Shown piece by piece: positions 10,386 to 18,891 of a stretch of 64,000 nucleotides of DNA. A program made the translations under genes and the position numbers. Source of the DNA: an uncultured bacterium. Its GTDB lineage: Bacteria > Hydrothermota > UBA3073 > NMUJ01 > CBEVQO01. The notes under the pieces are model-generated. The model saw nothing but the letters and a program-made list of their open reading frames with translations, ran no database searches and was not told the DNA's origin. Numbering within the stretch: position 1 is the first letter of the stretch; each line of letters opens with the position of its first letter. The stretch covers positions 64,001 through 128,000 of the forward strand of contig CBEVQO010000004.1 in the NCBI GenBank assembly GCA_965552055.1, written 5' to 3'.

Positions 10386-11593
10386 TTTGATAGGAGATAT
10401 AATCTCAATATATTTAACGCTTCCTGAGCTGCTTTTTCCTTAATCATCCTTCTATCACCTGAGAAGATGTATTTATATGCCTTTGAATAATCGGGTGTTG
10501 CTATTCCGATGTAAACCAGACCCACGGGTTTTGTAGGTGTAGCACCTGTTGGACCCGCTATCCCCGTAGTTGATAACCCAATATCTGCATCGGCAACTTT
10601 TTTAACACCTTCTGCCATCTCAATGGCTACCTGCTCACTAACAGCACCCCACTTCATTAAAGATTCTTCCCGCACTCCAAGGACCTTCATCTTCATCTCA
10701 TTACTGTAAGCAACCACACCTCCCATAAAATAGTTTGAACTGCCAGGAACATCTGTTATTCTATCTTTTATCAAACCTCCTGTGCACGATTCTGCCACTC
10801 CTATTTTCAAACCTCTTTCTTTCAAAAGTTTACCTATCACTTCTTCTAATTTTTGCTCATCTTCACCATAAATGTAATTTCCAAGTATTTCTTTAATCTT
10901 TTCCACCTTCTCATTTAACTCTTTTTCTGATATTGCACTCACTTTTATGTCTACACCTGTAAATTTAGGCAAATAAGCTAATCCCTCAAAATCCCGAAGC
11001 TTTTCCTGAATTTCTGATTCGGGTATTCCCGTTGTCCTTAAAATCTTTGAATAAATCTTTTTCTTGGGCTTTAATTTCTGGATTAAATATGTAAGCCCTT
11101 CTTTTTCGAACATGTTTTTCATTTCCTTTGGTACTCCTGGCATCATAATAACTATCTTTCCTTCTTTTTCTATTATTAAACCGGGTGCTGTACCCAGTTC
11201 GTTTTCCAATATTTTCGCTCCTTCAGGTATATATGCTTGAGACCTGTTAATATCGGGACATTTTAAACCTCTTTTTTCAAATCTTTCTTTAATCTTTTCG
11301 TAAATTTCATCTCTATAAATCAATTTCAATCCGAGATATTCTGTTATTGCTCCTTTTGTCAAATCGTCTTTTGTTGGTCCAAGTCCTCCTGTTGTCAGAA
11401 TTATTTTTATATCTTCATCTTTCATCAATTCCCGGAATGCCTTTTTTATTTCATTTTTATCATCGCCAACTGTTAATTTCTTTTTCACGATAAATCCTGC
11501 TTCGGTGAGTTTTTGACCGAGATATGCAGAATTTGTATCTACTGTTTTACCCGATAAAATTTCATCTCCAATTATGAGTAATCCTGCCTTCAT
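10382..11593 (-). CDS. cinA: Competence/damage-inducible protein A (MoCF-like domain plus PncC NMN deamidase)
   Basis: GDEILSG..VDTN, GGLGPT.DD.T, AESCTGG, STTGIAGP. Confidence 0.95.
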   Translation of the reverse strand: MKAGLLIIGDEILSGKTVDTNSAYLGQKLTEAGFIVKKKLTVGDDKNEIKKAFRELMKDEDIKIILTTGGLGPTKDDLTKGAITEYLGLKLIYRDEIYEKIKERFEKRGLKCPDINRSQAYIPEGAKILENELGTAPGLIIEKEGKIVIMMPGVPKEMKNMFEKEGLTYLIQKLKPKKKIYSKILRTTGIPESEIQEKLRDFEGLAYLPKFTGVDIKVSAISEKELNEKVEKIKEILGNYIYGEDEQKLEEVIGKLLKERGLKIGVAESCTGGLIKDRITDVPGSSNYFMGGVVAYSNEMKMKVLGVREESLMKWGAVSEQVAIEMAEGVKKVADADIGLSTTGIAGPTGATPTKPVGLVYIGIATPDYSKAYKYIFSGDRRMIKEKAAQEALNILRLYLLSK

Positions 11594-12354
11594 CAGTACG
11601 CTCCTTCCATGAAAAGCACAGCAGGTATTGTTTTTGCAAGTATTTTAAGATCAAGCCATATTGACATATTCGAAATGTAATAAAGGTCTAAAAAAGCCAT
11701 TTGATTAAATGGGCGCTTACTCCTTCCCATAACCTGCCATAGCCCTGTTATCCCTGGTTTCACAAGTAATCTCATCTTTTGCACATCTTCTGCCATCTTA
11801 TATTCATAATCGATTTGAGGGCGGGGTCCTACCAATGACATTTCTCCTTTTAATACATTAATCAACTGTGGTAATTCGTCAAGTGATGTTTTTCTCAAAA
11901 TTCTACCAAATCTTGTGACCCTTGGGTCTTCCTGCATCTTATAAACTTTACATTTATTTTCTCCTTTTATTAATTTTTCGACAAATTTCTTATGCAAATG
12001 ATGTGGCACTCCATTATACATCGTCCTGAATTTGAAAAATTTAAAGGGTCTACCAGATTTACCAAGACGCTTTTGCTTGAAAATAACAGGACCCTCTGAA
12101 TCAAACTTTATAAATATTGCAATGGGTATCCAGAAAGGAAGTGAAATTATTAAGATTATAAATGCAAGTATGTAATCCAGAATTTTCTTTAATCTGTATT
12201 CTACGGATTTTAATTTCTTAAATTTTATTCCTTCAGAATTTTCGAGCTCGGGAAAAGGTGTGGGACCTTTCACAATTACATCTTCTTTCTGCAAAGCTTT
12301 GTAAATTTCTTTTACAAATTCCAGGTCATTTCTATATTTTAATGCCACCGCCAT
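11593..12354 (-). CDS. Polyprenyl-phosphate priming sugar transferase (Bac_transf domain)
   Basis: KFRTM, DPRVTRFGRILRKTSLDELPQL.NVLKGEMSLVGPRP, KPGITGLWQV. Confidence 0.92.
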   Translation of the reverse strand: MAVALKYRNDLEFVKEIYKALQKEDVIVKGPTPFPELENSEGIKFKKLKSVEYRLKKILDYILAFIILIISLPFWIPIAIFIKFDSEGPVIFKQKRLGKSGRPFKFFKFRTMYNGVPHHLHKKFVEKLIKGENKCKVYKMQEDPRVTRFGRILRKTSLDELPQLINVLKGEMSLVGPRPQIDYEYKMAEDVQKMRLLVKPGITGLWQVMGRSKRPFNQMAFLDLYYISNMSIWLDLKILAKTIPAVLFMEGAY

Positions 12355-13945
12355 CTGTTATGTAACCGAGATTTTTAAGCATTTCTTTTATACCTGCTTC
12401 TTCCTCTTTTGTGAATACCTTTTCTTCCTTAAATTCAGGTTTCAATCCATAATCTTTATATCTTACGGGATTTTTCTCTTTAAATTCCTGCGTGAAGGCG
12501 TCCAAAACCGGTTTGCCATCTATTCCTTCGGGAATGGGTGCGCCTGCTGCATACAGAAGCGTGGGCATAACATCCATTATCGTGATTTTTTCGAGAACCT
12601 TCCCCTCTTCTATAACACCAGGTTTATACGCTACAAAAATTCCATTAAGCCTGTGTTGCCCAGTATCTTCATAGGGAGAATTTTTAAATAACTCCTTCAC
12701 TCCTATTCCTATTTCTTCTGATTGCACATAAGAGTAATTTTTCATAATAAAAATTATATCGGGGGCTTCTTCAAGATAAGGACCCCAGTAAAGCTCTTCT
12801 TTGAAATAAACTTTATCTGTTACTTTTTCTCCTGTTTCCGGGTCTTTTATATTCAATAAAATCTCTTTTATTTTTTCTCTCAATTTTTTATAATCTTTGC
12901 CTTTTACTTTTTCTTTGTTTATAAAAATTTTTCCAAGATAACCTTCAGCATACGCGTATGTCCTTTTCCAATCTATATCCTGTGGTGATATGAAGGAATC
13001 GATTATATCCTGACGCTTTTTCTTCGGGATAAGCATCGCAAGATTCCCCAAACCAAGTTTATTTAAAAAACGATAAATTTTCATTATAATACCTGTATAC
13101 GCTATAAAAACTTTTATATTTGTCGTTAAATCATCTTTTAACTTTAACAAACCTTCTCTCATCAAAATTTGATTTATGTTTACTTCTTTTAAATATCTCC
13201 CTGCACCATGATCCGATACTATGAAGAAAAGGTCATCTTGATATTCGGTGAGAAGTTCACCCAGAAATTTATCTATTTCTTTATAAATTTGCAATATCGC
13301 ATCTTTATATTTTCCTCCTTCTTCCATTTCTTTCCAGAATTTATGTTGTGCAAAATCTGTTGTCATAAAAACAAAAAAGTTTATATCCTTTTTGTGATTC
13401 TTTAAAAGATATCTGATAATATTTTTGTGATTTTTTGTCATTTGAAGCAAATCTTTCAAAAACTTGTCTTCTGAACCTTTTCGAAAAACCTGCCGTGGTA
13501 TCACCTGATAATCACCGAATTTTGTTAAAATCTCGTGTTTTAATTCCTTTGGATAGGTAAAATCGGATTTCAAAGAAGGTGTTAACATTCCCGTTATCAT
13601 ATAGCCATTTATTTTTTGTGGCGGGAAAGAAAGTGGCACATTCATTATTCCACAGGTTATTCCTTCTTTTTCTGCATATTCCCACAATCTCGGTGCTTTT
13701 ATATCGAGTGAACTTAAATATTTACCTTTGTATCTCCAATCATAGACACCATGTTTCCCTGGGTTAACCCCTGTCAGCATCGAAGCCCATGCAGAAGGAC
13801 TTATGGGATGAATAACAGATTGCAATACTGCTCTCGCACCATTATCACAAAGGAATTTCAGATTAGGGAGAAAACCTTTTTCCATCCAGCCATCCAAGAA
13901 ATCAAAAGATGCACCATCAAGACCTATTACTATTATCTTTTGCAT
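12332..13945 (-). CDS. Alkaline phosphatase superfamily / type I phosphodiesterase-nucleotide pyrophosphatase
   Basis: IGLDGA, SPSAWASMLTG.NPGKHG, VSDHG, C-terminal L..LGY. Confidence 0.88.
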   Translation of the reverse strand: MQKIIVIGLDGASFDFLDGWMEKGFLPNLKFLCDNGARAVLQSVIHPISPSAWASMLTGVNPGKHGVYDWRYKGKYLSSLDIKAPRLWEYAEKEGITCGIMNVPLSFPPQKINGYMITGMLTPSLKSDFTYPKELKHEILTKFGDYQVIPRQVFRKGSEDKFLKDLLQMTKNHKNIIRYLLKNHKKDINFFVFMTTDFAQHKFWKEMEEGGKYKDAILQIYKEIDKFLGELLTEYQDDLFFIVSDHGAGRYLKEVNINQILMREGLLKLKDDLTTNIKVFIAYTGIIMKIYRFLNKLGLGNLAMLIPKKKRQDIIDSFISPQDIDWKRTYAYAEGYLGKIFINKEKVKGKDYKKLREKIKEILLNIKDPETGEKVTDKVYFKEELYWGPYLEEAPDIIFIMKNYSYVQSEEIGIGVKELFKNSPYEDTGQHRLNGIFVAYKPGVIEEGKVLEKITIMDVMPTLLYAAGAPIPEGIDGKPVLDAFTQEFKEKNPVRYKDYGLKPEFKEEKVFTKEEEAGIKEMLKNLGYITDGGGIKI

Positions 13946-14859
13946 TTTTTACGAATTAACTGCAATACCTTGAAAACACCGAAACACAATATTTCGCATA
14001 TAGTAATCCATATTCTCACAAAAATCGTAAAAGCAGAAGCCAAATAAGACGGGACTGCAAGAGCAAGGAACAAGGCAAAAAGCCCTTCCCTTACACCCAG
14101 ACCATCAGGCGTAATAACGCTTACAAGTCCACCAATCCATGATATGGCAAAGCCAGCACTCACAGTGAAGTAATCTGACCATTTACCTATACCGAAACTC
14201 AGCATTAATAACAGGATAGCGAATCCACGAAGCAACCAGAGACCAAAATACATAGCCGTTATCAAAAGCGTTCTCTTATAGCTGTAATCTATTTTCGGTA
14301 AATCTTTTTTCAAAATTTTTGACAATAAATTTATCCCTATTCTACCGATATTTGGATGAACTACCACAAGTATAACAGGTGCACTACACAATGCAATTAT
14401 TGACAAAACTCTATAAGTGCCTTTCAATTTTATTCCGGTTGAAATAAGAAAAAGTCCAAAAAGCAAAATACCAGAAAGACATGATAAAATAACTTCAAGA
14501 TAAAAGCTGTAAGAAGATTTTGTTTTACTGATACCATCTTTTGAAGTGAGATAAACTCTTGTTGCGAGCGTCCATACTCTTCCCGGTATATATTTGCTAA
14601 AATTAGAAAGTATCCATGCATTCATACCATTCCATGTATCGAGTTTTGAATTTAGAGAATGAAGTGTATAAACCCATACATTACTATTTATAAGCATTAC
14701 CGAAATCCAGGTAAGGGTCGCAAGAGCCAAAAGTAAGGGCTCAAATTTCCAGTGATATTGAGAAATTTTCTCCCAATTTTTATAAATGTGAAGACCTAAA
14801 AAGTAGAAAATCAGGAGACAAACTGCAATCGGCAATATTTTTTTCAGAATATCACGCAC
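13933..14859 (-). CDS. LPG-synthase TM / flippase-like (UPF0104) membrane protein
   Basis: Multi-TM, KYIPG.VW and P.GLGVRE motifs. Confidence 0.85.
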   Translation of the reverse strand: MRDILKKILPIAVCLLIFYFLGLHIYKNWEKISQYHWKFEPLLLALATLTWISVMLINSNVWVYTLHSLNSKLDTWNGMNAWILSNFSKYIPGRVWTLATRVYLTSKDGISKTKSSYSFYLEVILSCLSGILLFGLFLISTGIKLKGTYRVLSIIALCSAPVILVVVHPNIGRIGINLLSKILKKDLPKIDYSYKRTLLITAMYFGLWLLRGFAILLLMLSFGIGKWSDYFTVSAGFAISWIGGLVSVITPDGLGVREGLFALFLALAVPSYLASAFTIFVRIWITICEILCFGVFKVLQLIRKKCKR

Positions 14860-15205
14860 CTTCTACAAACTTTTTGCAAACAGTATAAACAAAATATCCC
14901 TTTTTCATGGCTTCCTGGACATTTTCTTCTGTAACTTCGGTATCTTTTATCCCTTCTATCACATCACAGATAACAGGTATATATTTATCAAAAGGTTCAT
15001 GGAAATACTCCTCAAATTTACGAAGAAGTTCAACAACATCTGCATTTTCGTCAGCAGGCAATGATACTGCATTGAAAACAGCAAGCACAGAATATTTCAT
15101 GGCATTTAGCAAATTTATTTTTACTGCCTCATAATTCATATTTTTTATTTCCTTCGTTGCTTCTTCGAGAAAGCCCTCTGCCCATAACATATAATCCTCT
15201 ACCAT
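14852..15205 (-). CDS. HEPN-like helical protein (apparently lacking the catalytic R/H motif)
   Basis: N-terminal A..FLEEA......Y......A pattern and ~117-aa length typical of HEPN; no R-x4-6-H. Confidence 0.55.
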   Translation of the reverse strand: MVEDYMLWAEGFLEEATKEIKNMNYEAVKINLLNAMKYSVLAVFNAVSLPADENADVVELLRKFEEYFHEPFDKYIPVICDVIEGIKDTEVTEENVQEAMKKGYFVYTVCKKFVEGA

Positions 15206-15657
15206 TATTTCTGATGCTCACAAGGTCCTTCATTCAAGTTTTTACCGCAAATAGGGCACAATCCCTTGCAATCGGGTTTGCAGAGCATCTTTATGGGTAT
15301 CGAAAGCAAAATAGTGTCTCTTACAATTTCCTCAAGGTCTATCTCGTCCCCGTAATATGGCACGGTATCTATTTCTTCCTGTGTTAATTCAAGTTCCCTG
15401 CGCTGAACAAAAAGCTCAGGAGGCACACAGGTAACATTTATCTCAGCTTCCATTTCTTTCTCAAATTCCTCTGCACATCTTGCACATATAAATCGACCTT
15501 TGAAACATACTTTTCCTGTTATATGGACTCGCTTTTTGGCTTTCATCAATACAATTTCGACTTGTGGTCTGTCTATCAAAAAGTCAGCAATTTCCTTTGA
15601 CAAAGTGAATTTCATCCTATTCTCGCCTTCTGCAAGCGAATGTACATTTATTCTCAA
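15205..15657 (-). CDS. yceD: DUF177/YceD family protein
   Basis: CARC, P.K.LCKPDCKGLCPICGKNLN..PC. TTG start at 15657 after SD AAGGAGG (the ORF-track start at 15705 overlaps thyX). Confidence 0.9.
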   Translation of the reverse strand: MRINVHSLAEGENRMKFTLSKEIADFLIDRPQVEIVLMKAKKRVHITGKVCFKGRFICARCAEEFEKEMEAEINVTCVPPELFVQRRELELTQEEIDTVPYYGDEIDLEEIVRDTILLSIPIKMLCKPDCKGLCPICGKNLNEGPCEHQK

Positions 15658-15659
15658 TC

Positions 15660-16313
15660 CTACCTCCTTTGTGGATAGCGACCACATGACTTCTCTTCGG
15701 GACAATAACCCAGATGCTCACAACGGGGCTTCAAAAAGGAACTTAAAAAGGGGTCAACTTCTCTAACTCTTTCTTTTATTTTTTCAAAGAGCTCTCTTAT
15801 CTCCCATTGTGCACGATTACATAATCTGAGAGACGAAGCATGTATCAACTCGCGCAAATTCATAGTCATAATTATATTTGTCTTAACAGCATGTGGTAAA
15901 ATAAAACGAGCATCTTCTTTTGGTATTCCTTCTTTTATCATCTCCTCATATAGTGAAAAACATTCTTCAACTATTTTTTTGAATTTTCCGAAAAATCTTT
16001 CATCTTTTTTAATGGTCTCCGGTATTATGTAATCTTCGGGCTTTGTATATCTCATTGATTGTTGAGAATAGCTTGCGATTCTGTGGCGAACAAGTTGATG
16101 TGAACATACTCTTGAAATCCCTCTTATTTCAAATGTAAAAGAAACATGCTCTGTGACAGACAGATGTCCCGATTTTATAACCTTGCTTATTAAATTTTCC
16201 ATCTCTTTTCTGCTTGTATTTTCATCAATTTTATTCTGGGAATAACATATTTTACATGCTTTATAAATTTTTGTAACAGGGTCAGGAGTGTAAGTTAACA
16301 ATTTTACTTCCAT
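15660..16313 (-). CDS. thyX: FAD-dependent thymidylate synthase
   Basis: GH.SV.EH, SHQLVRHRIASYSQQSMRY, EDARF.LP, AQWEIR. Confidence 0.96.
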   Translation of the reverse strand: MEVKLLTYTPDPVTKIYKACKICYSQNKIDENTSRKEMENLISKVIKSGHLSVTEHVSFTFEIRGISRVCSHQLVRHRIASYSQQSMRYTKPEDYIIPETIKKDERFFGKFKKIVEECFSLYEEMIKEGIPKEDARFILPHAVKTNIIMTMNLRELIHASSLRLCNRAQWEIRELFEKIKERVREVDPFLSSFLKPRCEHLGYCPEEKSCGRYPQRR

Positions 16314-16651
16314 CAGGGTTTTATCGCTTTTTCACCTCTTTCCCTTGTGCTAATTCTAACTGCCTCTTCGCAGTGATACACAAATATCTTGCCTGAACCC
16401 GTTTCTCTTGGTAAATTATCGAGCAGTAAATTTATCATATCTTCGAGTTTATCGTCCGGGATAACGAATTCCAGTTTCACATGTGGTAGTGTTCTAAATG
16501 CGCTTTTTGGCTTATATTCTGTAGAGCCCCTTTGTCTTCCACAGCCACGAACAGGACACTCAGTAACACCTGTAATCCAGTCACAATCTTTTAATGCATT
16601 CAATATTTTTTCAACTAAAAATGCCTTCGTTATTACTTCTACTTTTTTCAT
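16313..16651 (-). CDS. Divergent P-II family signal transduction protein
   Basis: MKKVE.I, G.GRQ.G, GKIFV, AVRI.T.ERGE.AI; 112 aa. Confidence 0.9.
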   Translation of the reverse strand: MKKVEVITKAFLVEKILNALKDCDWITGVTECPVRGCGRQRGSTEYKPKSAFRTLPHVKLEFVIPDDKLEDMINLLLDNLPRETGSGKIFVYHCEEAVRISTRERGEKAIKP

Positions 16652-17382
16652 TGCTCACTCTCTATTTTAAAATCTACTTCTTTCTGATACTTACACCAGA
16701 AATAACCCTGACCTTCTCCTTCGATGTTGCCTTCAACAGTATGCCCAAGATAAGGACCCGTGACCGCCCTTAATGTGACTTTTCCTTCTCCTCCTTTTAA
16801 AGTCCCTGTATCCTCCAGAACATCTTTGAAAACAACATCACTTGAAAAAGTTATCGTAGTATCTTTAAGTACGAGTGATGTATCAAATTCACCTTTGCGG
16901 GTAGGGCCAAAACCAACCTGATAATTGTAATTTATCTTTACTTCGAGTTCATAGTAATCTGCACCTTTCGATTTATTCCATGTTATAACTAAATCTTCGT
17001 TTTTTCTTAAGGTCTCATCCGATAAGGGACTCAATATTTTATATTCCTCTGGCATCGCAACAACTGCACTCGCTTCCTTACCATAAGTTACTTTTAGAGA
17101 ATAAGTGTCTGCAAGACCAACTTTTTTACACCATTTTGTATAATAAGTAAATCCATCTTCTATCTTTGAATCGATCAAGTTAAGAGTATCTTTATTTACC
17201 GTGACAACAGGAACAAGTTCGGTTCCCCAGATTTCAACCGTTGCCTCACACTCCTGATTTTGATCAACTATGTACTTTAAAACAACACCTTCTATTTTGG
17301 GGACACCGAAGCTTATCTCCGTAATGCCCGTCTCCTTACAGCTCAATATTAAAAGACCCAATAGCCATAAATACTTCCTCAT
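16648..17382 (-). CDS. Lipoprotein of unknown function
   Basis: Lipobox LLILS-C after a basic N-terminus; SD GGAGGGAG. Confidence 0.8.
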   Translation of the reverse strand: MRKYLWLLGLLILSCKETGITEISFGVPKIEGVVLKYIVDQNQECEATVEIWGTELVPVVTVNKDTLNLIDSKIEDGFTYYTKWCKKVGLADTYSLKVTYGKEASAVVAMPEEYKILSPLSDETLRKNEDLVITWNKSKGADYYELEVKINYNYQVGFGPTRKGEFDTSLVLKDTTITFSSDVVFKDVLEDTGTLKGGEGKVTLRAVTGPYLGHTVEGNIEGEGQGYFWCKYQKEVDFKIESEQ

Positions 17383-17400
17383 AACTCCCTCCTAATTTAA

Positions 17401-17427
17401 ATGATAAGAATTATAAGAGTTTGTCAA
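17401..17427 (-). promoter_or_regulatory. Sigma70-type promoter TTGACA-N15-TATCAT for the leftward operon
   Basis: Read on the minus strand upstream of the lipoprotein gene. Confidence 0.65.
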
Positions 17428-17444
17428 CTTAAAATTCACAAAAC

Positions 17445-17472
17445 TTGACAAATAAAAATTTTAAAGTATAAT
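17445..17472 (+). promoter_or_regulatory. Promoter TTGACA-N16-TATAAT; rarA probably leaderless
   Basis: Perfect boxes, ATG 6 nt downstream at 17479, no SD. Confidence 0.75.
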
Positions 17473-17478
17473 TTGATG

Positions 17479-18747
17479 ATGGACACCCCACTTGCTGATA
17501 AAGTTCGTCCTAAAAATCTCGATGAATTCGTAGGTCAAAGGCATCTTGTTGGTCCTTCAGGTCCTATCCGCCTTGCTATTGAGAGAAAAGCAATTCATTC
17601 TATGATACTGTGGGGACCACCTGGTTGTGGTAAAACAACTCTCGCAAAAATCATGGGAAATACAGAAGGATATGTCTTCAGGAGCTTCAGCGCTGTGTTA
17701 TCGGGTGTGCAGGAAGTAAGAAATGTGATAAAAGAAGCACAATTTTATAAATCACAGGGCAAGAGAATAATACTTTTTGTTGACGAAATACACAGATTCA
17801 ATAAAGCCCAGCAGGATGCCTTTTTGCCCTATGTGGAAGATGGCACTATAATTTTAATAGGAGCAACTACCGAAAATCCATCTTTTGAAGTAATTTCACC
17901 ACTTTTATCAAGATGCATTACTTACAATCTTTATAAATTAACTCCTGATGAGATAAAAATAATAATCGGAAGGGGCTTAGAAGCGATGAAAGATTTTAAT
18001 CCCGTTCTCGAAAAAGATGCAGAAGATTTCCTTTCACAAATATGTGACGGCGATGCAAGAATTGCACTTAACATTCTTGAATTCGCGATAAAGACAGAAA
18101 AAGAAAAATCCGGAAAAAGGATAATAACACTCGAAAAAATAAAATCAATTACCGAGAAGATTCCACTTTTATATGACAAAAAGGGCGAGGAACATTATAA
18201 TTTGATTTCTGCTTTTATAAAGAGTTTAAGGGGCTCTGACCCTGATGCTGCTCTTTACTGGCTGTGCAGGATGCTTGATGCTGGAGAAGACCCCCTCTTT
18301 ATTGCCCGCAGGATGGTAATCTTTGCTGCAGAGGATATAGGAAATGCAGACCCTCAGGCACTTCAGCTTGCTGTAGCATGCAAGGAAGCCGTGCATTTCG
18401 TAGGTCTACCCGAATGCTATCTGCCACTTGCTCAAACTACAATTTATCTTGCATGTGCACCAAAAAGCAATTCAGCATATTTAGCATATAAAAAAGCAGA
18501 TGAAGATGTAAAAAAGTATGGAGCATTACCAGTGCCGCTTCATTTAAGAAATCCAGCAACTCCATTTCTCCAGAAAATGGGCTACGGCAAAAATTATAAA
18601 TATCCGCATGATTACCCCGGACATTTTGTAAAAGAAAATTATTTCCCTGAAAAACTCGGTAAAAGAAAATATTTTGAGCCAACAGAACAGGGTTTTGAAA
18701 AGAAATTGAAAGAATGGATAGAGGAGAAAAATAAGTTTTTAAAATAA
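17479..18747 (+). CDS. rarA: Replication-associated recombination protein A (AAA+)
   Basis: PLA..RP, WGPPGCGKTT, DEIHRFNKAQQD, GATTENP, SAFIKS.RGSDPDA. Confidence 0.96.
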   Translation: MDTPLADKVRPKNLDEFVGQRHLVGPSGPIRLAIERKAIHSMILWGPPGCGKTTLAKIMGNTEGYVFRSFSAVLSGVQEVRNVIKEAQFYKSQGKRIILFVDEIHRFNKAQQDAFLPYVEDGTIILIGATTENPSFEVISPLLSRCITYNLYKLTPDEIKIIIGRGLEAMKDFNPVLEKDAEDFLSQICDGDARIALNILEFAIKTEKEKSGKRIITLEKIKSITEKIPLLYDKKGEEHYNLISAFIKSLRGSDPDAALYWLCRMLDAGEDPLFIARRMVIFAAEDIGNADPQALQLAVACKEAVHFVGLPECYLPLAQTTIYLACAPKSNSAYLAYKKADEDVKKYGALPVPLHLRNPATPFLQKMGYGKNYKYPHDYPGHFVKENYFPEKLGKRKYFEPTEQGFEKKLKEWIEEKNKFLK

Positions 18748-18850
18748 AAGTGCTGAAAAAAGTTATGCAATATTGACGATTTAGAAATGGGTCGTGGAGG
18801 GCGAAGCCCTACGAAAAACATCTGGGTGGGCGGGTGGGATAAATAAAAAT
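18747..18850. repeat. Intergenic repeat, family A (partial copy); related to 52042..52192
   Basis: AAAGTGCTGAAAAA...AAATGGGTCG...GGGCGAAGCC...TGGGCGGGTGGGATAAA shared with the 52 kb copy. Confidence 0.8.
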
Positions 18851-18856
18851 AATTGC

Positions 18857-18883
18857 TTGACATTTAGAAAAAATCATTATTTT
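18857..18883 (+). promoter_or_regulatory. Promoter TTGACA-N15-TATTTT upstream of rgy
   Basis: ATG 8 nt downstream, no SD. Confidence 0.5.
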
Positions 18884-18891
18884 AAAATCGT

